A program made the position numbers and the translations under genes. Shown one piece after another: positions 38,544-47,684 of a DNA stretch of 64,000 nucleotides. This DNA comes from Candidatus Bathyarchaeia archaeon. Its GTDB lineage: Archaea > Thermoproteota > Bathyarchaeia > Bathyarchaeales > DTEX01. The stretch's first letter is position 1; every line of letters begins with the position of its first letter. Where the stretch lies: positions 3,773 through 67,772 of the forward strand of contig JAWAXF010000006.1 in NCBI GenBank assembly GCA_038897035.1. Reading direction: 5' to 3'. The notes beneath the pieces are model-generated. The model was not told where the DNA came from and did no database searches. It was given only the letters and a program-made list of their open reading frames with translations.

Positions 38544-39506
38544 TTAGATTATTGGCGTAAGCTTCGGCATAGAATAGCCCATTGAGGTGTCCATTTCCAG
38601 TGCATATAAGTTTGTTCTAAGCTTTATGCCATGGACAAGTACAATTTCATACTTCCGCGTGATCTTCAAGTGCACATCTGCTGTTGCCCCGAGGATCTTT
38701 GTCAGCTCTGGGTATCCTGGCTTAAGCAATAGTATGCTTAAATCCCCAGTCTCCCTCATCTTTGCAACATAGCCTTTTACGGCCGAGACCGTCTCCTTCA
38801 CGCCATACATGTCCGCGACCACGTCTACACCAGTAATATGGAGTATCGGCTGTCCTGTTCTCTCCCTAAGCTCCCTCTCAACCTCCAGGTACTTGGCATA
38901 GTCCTCTGAGAAGCTCTCGCCCCTAAATATTACGAGAGAGGGCTCCAGCTTGAGCTTGGGGAAGGCTTTAACGCATACTCTTAAAAGATTATTTACCTCG
39001 TCCCCAGTGAAGCCAGCCTCCTCAGCCCTAATCCTCAAAATATTATGGTCCACACCGGCCGAGGGAAGTATCATAACGCCTCTCCCCTGAGCCGTAAAAT
39101 TCCATGCCGTTGGAGCCGTAACCAAATGGTATTGTAGTATTGAAACATTCTCATCTATCTCAAAGAGAACTAGTGAACCTCTTGGATAGCCTCCGCCAAG
39201 CGCCTCGTCTAAACACGATGAGCCTGTTGAGAAAAGTTCTTTAGTGTCTGGCTGGGGCTGGAACCTGCGTGGTTTCTCGACTGGCTTGGGCTTAAATGGC
39301 GGGAAGGCTTTGAAGCCATCCTTAAGCGTGAAGATCAGCCGCGCCTTCAGGGGTTGAGGTACCCCTCATCTTGAGTATCTCCATCTCCCTAAGGAGCCTC
39401 CCGCCCTCAAACTCGCTTCTCCAGCAGACTCGCCAAATGAGTAGCAAATAGTCTTTCTACAGATCCCGCGAAAGGTCTCAATGACAGAATAATTATTCTC
39501 AAACAT
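38544..39506 (-). pseudogene. Decayed second copy of the small-partner/KaiC-like gene pair (internal deletion fusing the two genes, plus a frameshift)
   Basis: 38544..~39340 aligns to residues ~225-492 of the 2933..4411 protein (…LIFTLKDGFKAFPPF…WNFTAQGRGVMILPSAG…). The frame switches at the C-run 39362-39365. Upstream, MFENNYSVIETFRGICRKTICYSFGESAGEA matches the 4383..4799 protein. The Walker A domain is absent. Confidence 0.75.
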
Positions 39507-39853
39507 TAACTTAAGTATTGCTCAATAAATATATTAAAACTTTGCTTATAATCGATATATATTAAGACACCGTATATTGACTTAAAATTCACCTTTTAAA
39601 AGTCTCTTATTCAAAATGATTGGAATAGGACCCTTTATCATAAATTTATATTTTAGGACTTTTCCGCATTTTATTCGCGTGAAAAGATTTTAAATATTTT
39701 GCCTAGAAAGCTATCATATTTATATTTATCATCCTTTAGGAATTATATGCGGAGCCGATGTTTGGATGGAAGGGGGTTTGAGCAGGCGCCAAGTACATTA
39801 GCCCTTCCCCGTAAAGAGGAAGCGCTGAAACCGAGCTCTAATTTTGATGGCTG

Positions 39854-42325
39854 GTGGTGCTCATGGGAGAGACTCTAACTTTTAAGCCTAGAATAAAGGA
39901 TAAGACATGGGACCCATCAAAGGAGATAATCCTGTTCAAGAAGTGGCGGGAGGAAGGCATCTACAAGTTTGACGAGAAATCCCAAAAAGAAATTTTTAGT
40001 ATTGATACGCCGCCACCATACGTTAATACACCAATCCATATAGGACAGGCCTACACTTACGTCTGGATGGATATATTCGCCCGGTATAAGCGCATGATGG
40101 GCTACAACGTACTCTTCCCAATAGGTTTAGATAAGAATGGGCTGCCAATAGAAGTCCAGGCCGAAAAAACATTTGGCATAGCCATGCATGAGACCCCAAG
40201 AGAAATATTCATAGAGAAGTGTAAGCAGCTGCTTAAGGAGAGCGGTGATGTATCCCTTGAAATATTTAAGCGGCTCGGTCTGAGCTGTAACTCATGGGAT
40301 CTCGAGTACAAGGTTGGCGGGAGATACGAGACAGACGACCCCGAATACAGGCGCCTAACCCAAGAGACCTTCATAGAGCTCTGGAGGAGGGGTCTAATCT
40401 ATGAGGATGAAAAGGTAACAAATTATTGTCCAGTATGCCGCACAACAATATCCGATGCTGAAGTCGAATACGAGGAAGAGGAGACCCTCCTAAACTACAT
40501 AAAATTTAAGGTTCAGGAGAACAGCGAGGAAATAATTATAGCCACGACTAGGCCGGAGCTCCTATGCTCATGTCGAATAATCCTATTTAATCCAGAAGAT
40601 GAGCGCTATCAAAAACTTAACGGTAAGCATGCAACCGTCCCGATATATGGGCATATAGCCCCAATAATACCGCACCCATATGCTAAGCCAGAGTTTGGAA
40701 CAGGTCTAGTTATGATCTGCAGCTTTGGGGATCACAGCGATATAAGGATACTGAGGGAGCTCGACGTAAAGCCCATCTTCGCCATAAACGAGAGGGGTGA
40801 GATGAACGAGAACGCTGGTAAATATGCTGGCTTAAAGGTTGAGGAGGCTAGGAGGCAAATAATAGAGGATTTAAGGGCTCAAGGTCTCCTCGTTAAGCAA
40901 GAAAGGATAGTTCAGCGCAGGCCGATCTGCTGGAGATCGAAGAACCCAATAGAGTTTATCCCGATGAAGGAGCTTTACTTGAAGCAAGTTGAGTTTAAAG
41001 AGATGATGCTTAAGCTGGCTGACAAGATGGTATTCTTCGCCCCGGAGAGCAAGCAGATACTCGTGGACTGGATTAACTCGCTTGACATCGATTGGGTTAT
41101 ATCAAGGCGAAGGTACTATGGAACCGAGATACCGCTCTGGTACTGTAAAACATGCGGTTACATTTACGTGCCTGAGCCCATAAGATACTATCAGCCCTGG
41201 AGGGAGAAGCCGCCAATAGAAACGTGCCCGAGTTGCGGTGGGACAGAGTTTAAGGGTGAGGAGAGGACATTTGATACGTGGTTTGACTCCGCCACATCAG
41301 AGGTTTATATACTTGGCTACCTATGGAACAAGAAGTTCTTTCATAGAAACTTCCCATGCTCCCTAAGACCCCAGGGCAAGGAGATCGTCAGGAACTGGTT
41401 GTACTTCACGATCCTAAAGTCTTTCTTGCTTTTCGGCAGGGAACCCTTCAGAAACGTCTGGATACACATGCATGTGGTCGATGAGCATGGCAGGAAGATG
41501 AGTAAGAGCGCTGGAAACGTTATCGATCCACAGGATGTAATAAAGATGTTTGGAAGCGAAGCTTTTAGAATATGGTCAGCCTTGGAGGGAAACATCACCA
41601 AGGGTGACATAAGATGCTCTTTTGAGAGGATAAGGGGGACATCAAGGTTTCTGACGAAGCTGTGGAATATAGCCCGCTTTATATCCTCCTTCCCAGAGGT
41701 AAGCGACAACTTTGAGCTGGCCCCATTGGACAGAATGATACTCGCCAAGCTAAATGAGATTATAGTTGAATGCCGCAGAGGCTACGAGGACTTCAATGCA
41801 AATCAAGCGGCCACGGCAATAAGGCTATTCACGTGGAATATCTTTGCAGACCACTACATTGAGGCAGTGAAGTCGAGGGCATACAATAAAGACAAGGTAT
41901 TCAGCGAGAAGCTACAGCGCGGCGCATGGTACACGCTACACGAGTGCCTTAGGACAATACTTAAGCTGCTGGCACCCATATGCCCATTTATAACAGAGGC
42001 AATATGGCTTGAACTCTACTCAAAGGAGAGCATACACATTCAGCGCTTCCCAGAGGAGAGGGAGGAGAGGAGAGACCCTATAGTTAACCTATTGCCAAAA
42101 TTTATGGAATTTAATAATGTAATATGGCAATATAAGAAGGAGCGTAAGATCGCGTTAAACCAGGAGCTCAATGCTGTGGTTTATGCGCCAATGGATTTGA
42201 AGCCCTTTGACGATGATTTAAGGGCTATGCATGGGATTAAGGCGCTCGTTTTCGGCGAGCCCAAGGGGGTAAGCGCGGAGAAGGTCTCTGAGGGCATTTA
42301 TATATTAGCCGAAGAAGCTGGTTAA
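39854..42325 (+). CDS. valS: Valine--tRNA ligase
   Basis: IDTPPPYVNTPIHIGQAY (HIGH region, here HIGQ), editing-domain TTRPE and GTGLVMICSFGD, KMSKS present. 823 aa. Confidence 0.8.
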   Translation: MVLMGETLTFKPRIKDKTWDPSKEIILFKKWREEGIYKFDEKSQKEIFSIDTPPPYVNTPIHIGQAYTYVWMDIFARYKRMMGYNVLFPIGLDKNGLPIEVQAEKTFGIAMHETPREIFIEKCKQLLKESGDVSLEIFKRLGLSCNSWDLEYKVGGRYETDDPEYRRLTQETFIELWRRGLIYEDEKVTNYCPVCRTTISDAEVEYEEEETLLNYIKFKVQENSEEIIIATTRPELLCSCRIILFNPEDERYQKLNGKHATVPIYGHIAPIIPHPYAKPEFGTGLVMICSFGDHSDIRILRELDVKPIFAINERGEMNENAGKYAGLKVEEARRQIIEDLRAQGLLVKQERIVQRRPICWRSKNPIEFIPMKELYLKQVEFKEMMLKLADKMVFFAPESKQILVDWINSLDIDWVISRRRYYGTEIPLWYCKTCGYIYVPEPIRYYQPWREKPPIETCPSCGGTEFKGEERTFDTWFDSATSEVYILGYLWNKKFFHRNFPCSLRPQGKEIVRNWLYFTILKSFLLFGREPFRNVWIHMHVVDEHGRKMSKSAGNVIDPQDVIKMFGSEAFRIWSALEGNITKGDIRCSFERIRGTSRFLTKLWNIARFISSFPEVSDNFELAPLDRMILAKLNEIIVECRRGYEDFNANQAATAIRLFTWNIFADHYIEAVKSRAYNKDKVFSEKLQRGAWYTLHECLRTILKLLAPICPFITEAIWLELYSKESIHIQRFPEEREERRDPIVNLLPKFMEFNNVIWQYKKERKIALNQELNAVVYAPMDLKPFDDDLRAMHGIKALVFGEPKGVSAEKVSEGIYILAEEAG

Positions 42326-42429
42326 GTCCCTACCCTTACCGGCCCTCCCGCCTATAGTTATTTCTTTGCCCAAGAGGACCCGCATTCCATCAAATGCAGC
42401 CCTAGTCGGCACGCCAGTCCTCTTCTCTA

Positions 42430-43149
42430 TTAGCTCCGCCTCCTTCTCCGGCCCCTATAAATCATTTGCATGCCGAAATGCGTTATTATAACCATCTTCG
42501 GGCGCACATCCTCTACTATCTTTATGGCATCATCAATGGTCATATGCCCCTCCCACGGCTGACCGGAGGGTCTTAAAACAGAGAGTATTATTAGCCTCAG
42601 CCCACTATAGAATTTTGATACGTCGCTGAAGTATTCTGAGTCGGGCATGTACGCGAAGCTCCCGAAGTTTTTAATGTTGAAGCGGAAGCCAACAGTGTCC
42701 GGGTCTGAGTGAACTGCCTTGCAAACGGAGACCTCTAATCCATCAACCTCAAATGATGAACCAACGGTCGCCTCTACAACTCTCTCCGGCATAGCTTGAT
42801 GATATCTTGAGATGGAGCTCTCGCAGATCTCGTTGCCCCTTAAAACGCTCTTGGAGGCTACGAGGACGCCCCGTTTCCTTACCGTCCCCTCACTCATGGC
42901 TTCTATCAGGGGCTCAGCGTCGTTCGCATGATCCATGTGGGAGTGTGAAACAAATATCGCCCTAATCTTCTGCGGATCTAAGCCCATCTCAAGCGAGTAT
43001 ATTAGGGCTCCAGGCCCGGGATCGATATGAGCATTAACCCTATCATGCTCAGAAATTAATCTAATGCCCCCAGTCCTTCTCTTCTGCGTTATCGCTGCAA
43101 AGCGTCCACCACCAGTCCCAAGAAAAATTAGCTCTATCATTGCATCCAC
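42430..43149 (-). CDS. Metallo-beta-lactamase-fold hydrolase; the coding signal continues in another frame to ~42305
   Basis: HSHMDHAND (HxHxDH) motif. See the finding on the 3' frame break. Confidence 0.7.
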   Translation of the reverse strand: MDAMIELIFLGTGGGRFAAITQKRRTGGIRLISEHDRVNAHIDPGPGALIYSLEMGLDPQKIRAIFVSHSHMDHANDAEPLIEAMSEGTVRKRGVLVASKSVLRGNEICESSISRYHQAMPERVVEATVGSSFEVDGLEVSVCKAVHSDPDTVGFRFNIKNFGSFAYMPDSEYFSDVSKFYSGLRLIILSVLRPSGQPWEGHMTIDDAIKIVEDVRPKMVIITHFGMQMIYRGRRRRRS

Positions 43150-43246
43150 AAACCTGCAACACTATACTTATGGGAAAGAGGGAAATAAAGGTTAATCTCT
43201 ACTAAATATTGAGAAATTTATGAGGGAAAATTGAGGCGTATACTAG

Positions 43247-43921
43247 ATGAGACTTGTTATAAGGATTGGGGGGTCAATTATAGCCTCCCCACCAAACCCG
43301 GATCTAATGCGTAGGTACGTAGATCTAATTAAGTGTTTGAGGGATAAAGGACACGAGGTTGCGGTTGTTGTGGGCGGGGGCAGACTTGCTAGGGAGTTTA
43401 TTGAGCTGGCGCGCTCACTAGGATTGCCCGAGCGGGAACAGGATGAGCTAGCAATATCGGTCTCAAGGCTCTTTGCCCAAGCCCTCTCAATGATGATCGG
43501 CGGATACCAGTGGAGGGGTATCCCAGCCACTGTTGAAGAGGCTGTTAGAACTCTAAGGGATAGAGGGATCGTCATTATGGGCGGCATTAGGCCCGGCATG
43601 ACAACGGATGCCGTAGCAGCATTAATAGCCTCGGAAGTTGGGGCCGATTTAATTATAAAAGCAACCGACCAAGACGGGATCTACACGAAGGATCCTAGAA
43701 AGTATCCGGATGCAAAGAAGCTGGATAAGGTAAGCTTCGAAGATCTAGAAAAAATATTAGCTGAAGGAAAGCATAGGGCTGGAATACACCAAATAATTGA
43801 CCCAGAGGCGGCTCACATACTAAAGGGGAAGCGAATAAAAACCATCGTGGTTAACGGCTTTGACCCAGAAAATATTCTTCTCGCAGTAAGCGGGATAAAA
43901 GTTGGGACATTAATCCAATAA
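43247..43921 (+). CDS. pyrH: UMP kinase (archaeal type)
   Basis: VIRIGGS, VVGGG and PGMTTDA motifs of the amino-acid-kinase fold. 224 aa. Confidence 0.9.
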   Translation: MRLVIRIGGSIIASPPNPDLMRRYVDLIKCLRDKGHEVAVVVGGGRLAREFIELARSLGLPEREQDELAISVSRLFAQALSMMIGGYQWRGIPATVEEAVRTLRDRGIVIMGGIRPGMTTDAVAALIASEVGADLIIKATDQDGIYTKDPRKYPDAKKLDKVSFEDLEKILAEGKHRAGIHQIIDPEAAHILKGKRIKTIVVNGFDPENILLAVSGIKVGTLIQ

Positions 43922-43970
43922 AATGTGGGGAGAAGCTCTTAACACGAATTGCCTAATTGGGTGCCTCACT

Positions 43971-44243
43971 TCACTTGTTAACAACCTCGGCTTCGGCAAA
44001 CTTTCTACCTATCCTCGTTATTCGAACTCTGACGTGATCACCGGGCTTAGCGTTGGGTATAAATGTTACGAGGCCTTGTATTCGGGCCACGCCATCTCCC
44101 CTCTTACTGACCTCGCGAACCTCAACATCATACTCTTTTCCCAACTCAACTGGCTTAGGGGGGAAACGCCTACCACGGACCCCTTGAAATCTCCTTCCCG
44201 CACCCCTTTCGCTTCTCTTCTCATTCTCCATAATTTTTCTCAC
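43971..44243 (-). CDS. TRAM-domain RNA-binding protein
   Basis: The basic N-terminus is followed by YDVEVREVSKRGDGVARIQGLVTFIPNAKPGDHVRVRITRI, the TRAM beta-barrel pattern. Confidence 0.75.
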   Translation of the reverse strand: MRKIMENEKRSERGAGRRFQGVRGRRFPPKPVELGKEYDVEVREVSKRGDGVARIQGLVTFIPNAKPGDHVRVRITRIGRKFAEAEVVNK

Positions 44244-44252
44244 CTCCGTATA

Positions 44253-44576
44253 TTATTTCCCACGATACAGGACAGTCAATTTGCCAAACCTACCAACATT
44301 AAGCTGCTTCTCTCCCCTAAAAGACCTCACATAACCATTCTCAATCTTTATCGTATCGTTGATGCTTACGCGCTCAATCTGCTCATTCCACAAGGAAAGC
44401 TTTATTGTTCCTGTTTCGTCGCCTATAATCGCATCAGCAACTTTATAAGCGCGGCCGTCAAACCTTGAGACGACCTCACGCGGCTCAGAAATCTCTAGAA
44501 CCTTCGCGACCAAATTCACGCCCCGCATACCATCCTTTAGATCACTAATCCTCACCCTCAAACCACCCCCCTTCAC
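44253..44576 (-). CDS. Single OB-fold nucleic-acid-binding protein (SSB/RPA-like)
   Basis: VNLVAKVLEISEPREV...KVADAIIGDETGTIKLSLWNEQ is the typical RPA-type OB-fold pattern. 107 aa. Confidence 0.6.
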   Translation of the reverse strand: MKGGGLRVRISDLKDGMRGVNLVAKVLEISEPREVVSRFDGRAYKVADAIIGDETGTIKLSLWNEQIERVSINDTIKIENGYVRSFRGEKQLNVGRFGKLTVLYRGK

Positions 44577-44863
44577 ATACTTTTCCGCGATTCCAGGAAC
44601 AGGAGTTACATGGTAGCAAAGAAATTTTGGATGCTGGCAGAGAATAGCGTGGCGACCTACGTATTCTTACGAGGAAGAACTTAACAGCTAGGGCAATTAA
44701 CTTTCTTAGCAGGTTTAATATTACTAACATCTGTTCCTTCGTCCTGTATCGCGGAGCTAACACCAAAGCAGAAAGCCGAGAAGGGGCCCTCCCCGACTTA
44801 ACTGCTTCGATGCTAGCGGTTAAATAAAGATGAGTATGACGGATATAAACTTTTCCTTGCTGG

Positions 44864-46375
44864 TTAAAGCCCCTCTTTAAACGCTCTGTACGTTGCATAG
44901 TCCACGTAGTTGATGAATTTGCTCTCCGCCTGATACTTAACGGTGAACTTCTGCCTGTCCCTCTTATCCTTAATCTGGCTTGTGGTTACGAGGAGGTAGG
45001 CATCGCTCCCCGCTCCTGAGCCATAGCTGACGATCATTATCCTCTTGTGGGGCTCAGCTTGATCTAATACTGCGGCTAAGCCTATAAGCGAGGAAGCTGA
45101 GTAGGTGTTGCCAAACTTTGTCACCTGTATCCCCGGCAAATACTGCTCTGGCTTAAAGCCTAGTGCAGCAGCCGCCCTCGCTGGGAAGGTTGGGTTTGGC
45201 TGGTGGCAAACGAAGTAGTCTATGTCGCTTGGCTTAAGGTTCATCTTCTCCATGAGCTTCTTGCCAGCCTTAAGGACATGCTTAAAGTATGCCGGTTCCC
45301 CGGTGAAGCGGCCTCCATGTCGCGGGTATGGCTCCATGTCCCTCCTCCAGAAGTCCGGCGTATCAGATGTGCAGGAGCACCAGCCCTCAACCTCTGCAAT
45401 AACATCTTTTTTACTGAATATGAAGGCCGCTCCCCCGTATCCAACAAAATAGTCCAGCTCCCCGCCCGGCTCACATCTGGGCGCTGCTTGGGAATTATCG
45501 GCGCCAATAACCATTACATATTCCATTGGATTCTTGGGATAAAATGTTAAGGCCACCGCATCCTTAAACATGCTAGAAGCGGCCTTACAGGCAAATTCTG
45601 TGTCAACCGCGTCCACCACCTGCACTCCATCAGGATCATCCTCGCCGAGCTTTAGAACCTGCGCTACTTTAGAGGCTATTGGATTAACGGCATATGGATT
45701 AGATTCCGTGCCAACGTAAACCTTGCCTATAAGCCCGCTATCCACGCCTGAGTGTATTAGCGCTAGCTTCCCAGCCTCAACTGCGGCTGTTATCGCATCC
45801 TCGTCTATAAACGGGACTGAGCGCTCCAAATTCGCTTCTTTGATTCTAAACTTTGAGACATATACGCCGTAGCTCACTATCCCCGGGGCGTCGTACTCCT
45901 TCTTTGGTTTGAGTACTTCATATCGCTGGTACGGGTAATATTCATCAGCAAAAGTGAAGGCTAGCGAGATTGTTGGTATGATATCGCTTTTGCCAACCGA
46001 GCACCTACGCCTAAACCTCGGCACAACTTCCCTACCCTCAAGTTCATCCAGGTCTATTTCCTTATCAACGGTGTAGACCACGTCAGTTAATCGGCCGGGA
46101 ACTCTCACTTTCCCATTATGGAAGGATATTATTCCGTATATAAAGGGAGCGAGCTTCATAAACCTGTTCGTTGGCTCTCTGATGATAGTGCACGCCTCAA
46201 GCACGCCCTTCTCATAGAAGAGATCTATCTCCTCCATCTTTCCCAGACTCTTTCTACCACAGTTCCCACAGTATCTTTTTGGCTTAAAGTACTCTCTACC
46301 GCAGATTGGGCACCTACTGCCCTTAAGCCTATCGCCTACATAGGTAACCCTTCTCTCCATCGGTTCGCTACTCAT
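44864..46375 (-). CDS. Fusion protein: DUF35 (zinc-ribbon + OB) N-terminal domain plus HMG-CoA synthase
   Basis: RCPICGREYFKPKRYCGNCGR plus an OB segment, then an HMGCS core with VGTESNPY and catalytic Cys in DTEFACKAA. I chose the start at MSSEPMERR, which overlaps the thiolase stop by 8 nt. The ORF track extends to 46459. Confidence 0.8.
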   Translation of the reverse strand: MSSEPMERRVTYVGDRLKGSRCPICGREYFKPKRYCGNCGRKSLGKMEEIDLFYEKGVLEACTIIREPTNRFMKLAPFIYGIISFHNGKVRVPGRLTDVVYTVDKEIDLDELEGREVVPRFRRRCSVGKSDIIPTISLAFTFADEYYPYQRYEVLKPKKEYDAPGIVSYGVYVSKFRIKEANLERSVPFIDEDAITAAVEAGKLALIHSGVDSGLIGKVYVGTESNPYAVNPIASKVAQVLKLGEDDPDGVQVVDAVDTEFACKAASSMFKDAVALTFYPKNPMEYVMVIGADNSQAAPRCEPGGELDYFVGYGGAAFIFSKKDVIAEVEGWCSCTSDTPDFWRRDMEPYPRHGGRFTGEPAYFKHVLKAGKKLMEKMNLKPSDIDYFVCHQPNPTFPARAAAALGFKPEQYLPGIQVTKFGNTYSASSLIGLAAVLDQAEPHKRIMIVSYGSGAGSDAYLLVTTSQIKDKRDRQKFTVKYQAESKFINYVDYATYRAFKEGL

Positions 46376-47606
46376 TTCTCTCTCTCCCCAGTATATGAAC
46401 GTAGATCTTCGTCCCAAAACCCTCCATCTCTTGGACGCAGCCATAAAGTAGGTCGCCATCCGTCTTTACCTGCCTCTGACCAGCCTCGCCCCTAAGCTGC
46501 TTAACAACCTCAAAGATTTGGGCTCCGCCAGTTGCGCCAAGCGGATTTCCATCAGCCTTTAATCCGCCATCGCTGTTCACAAAAATCTCTCTACCACAAA
46601 AATCATAGTAGCCATTGAAGTCATTAAAGTTCTCATAGAGCTTTATCCACGCAGTCCCCCTCTCAACGAACCCGAGATCCTCAAGTGAGACCATTTCAAG
46701 TATTGTTGATTGGTCGTAGACCTCCAGCAAATTTATGTCATCAAGGCTTATTTTCGCCATTTTCAGCGCCTTCTCCATGGCTATTCTGCTCGCTATGAAA
46801 CCGGATCTGTATGGTCTGGAGGGGTAGGAGATGTAATCGGTCGCTGATGCCGATGCGAGCACGTAAATTGGTTCACTAGCATATTCTTTAGCTCTCCTCG
46901 AGCTCGTTAATACGAGGGCTGTTGCGCCGTCAGATATCGGAGCAAAGTCATATATGCCAAGAAGTTTGCGCTCCTCCCTCCTGGCCGCTAAAACCCTTTC
47001 AACATCGATCTCCCTTCTGAGGTGGGCATACTCGTTCCATAGGGCATTGCGGTGATTTTTAACTGAGATTTGCGCTAATGTCAGCATGAGCTTCTCGCGG
47101 TCATCTCGGCTAATCTTATATTCCTTAATGTATTCTCTGAGGAGGAGCTCGTGGTCGGATTCGGGCGTTCCGCCGGAATAATAGCTCCAGCGGTCCGTGA
47201 AGAGCATGAGGTCATCCCTTATTTTACTCAATCTATCAGTCATCTTCTCGATCCCGCCAACAAGGACAACGTCGTATTTGCCAGCCTCTATAGCATGACA
47301 GGCATTCATGAGCGCCGAGCTAAAGGAGCGCATCCTCTCAATCGGTATATTCATTTCTAGTAGCTGAGAGATGAAACCCTCTTCCAGACCCATTTTGCTG
47401 GTGATTTGGAGCAGGTAGTCTGAAATGTAACATGCTTCTAAATCCTTCCGCTCAATCCCAGCGGACTCAAGGGCCATCAACCCCGCCTCATCAATAAGAT
47501 CCTCGGGGTCTACCTCAAAATGCTCACCAAACCTAGTCCTACCAACACCAACTATCGCGGGTGGACCACCGCTCATAACTTCTCCCAGCACTTCTTTTAG
47601 GCGCAA
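46368..47606 (-). CDS. Archaeal acetyl-CoA acetyltransferase (thiolase)
   Basis: IVGVGRTRFGE N-terminus, thiolase-fold length, and GNPLGATGGAQIFE near the C-terminus. Confidence 0.85.
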   Translation of the reverse strand: MRLKEVLGEVMSGGPPAIVGVGRTRFGEHFEVDPEDLIDEAGLMALESAGIERKDLEACYISDYLLQITSKMGLEEGFISQLLEMNIPIERMRSFSSALMNACHAIEAGKYDVVLVGGIEKMTDRLSKIRDDLMLFTDRWSYYSGGTPESDHELLLREYIKEYKISRDDREKLMLTLAQISVKNHRNALWNEYAHLRREIDVERVLAARREERKLLGIYDFAPISDGATALVLTSSRRAKEYASEPIYVLASASATDYISYPSRPYRSGFIASRIAMEKALKMAKISLDDINLLEVYDQSTILEMVSLEDLGFVERGTAWIKLYENFNDFNGYYDFCGREIFVNSDGGLKADGNPLGATGGAQIFEVVKQLRGEAGQRQVKTDGDLLYGCVQEMEGFGTKIYVHILGRERNE

Positions 47607-47684
47607 TCACCTTAAAAAATTTCTTCTATTTTGGGAAATTTCCTAATATAACAAAGAGTATAATTATTTTTTGGTGGGTGCTCA

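Noticed and set aside
39430-39853. Long AT-rich spacer upstream of valS, with a 7-bp stem (GGAAGGG ... CCCTTCC, ~39768-39812). I considered a second origin or a leader/riboswitch-like element.
   Set aside because: There are no ORB-like boxes, and T-box-type leaders are bacterial. A single short stem is weak evidence. The extra length is explained by the deleted 5' part of the decayed KaiC locus.
43923-44468. 181-aa plus-strand ORF
   Set aside because: It is antisense to the well-supported TRAM and OB-fold genes and has no motifs.
44577-44863. 287-bp spacer with a 117-aa minus-strand ORF (44545..44898) and a GGGGCCCUCCCC hairpin. I checked it for tRNA, sRNA and small genes.
   Set aside because: The ORF has junk-like composition and overlaps two real genes. 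There are no tRNA T-loop or acceptor features and no C/D boxes. The hairpin followed by T-rich tracts on the minus strand is most simply the HMGCS terminator region.
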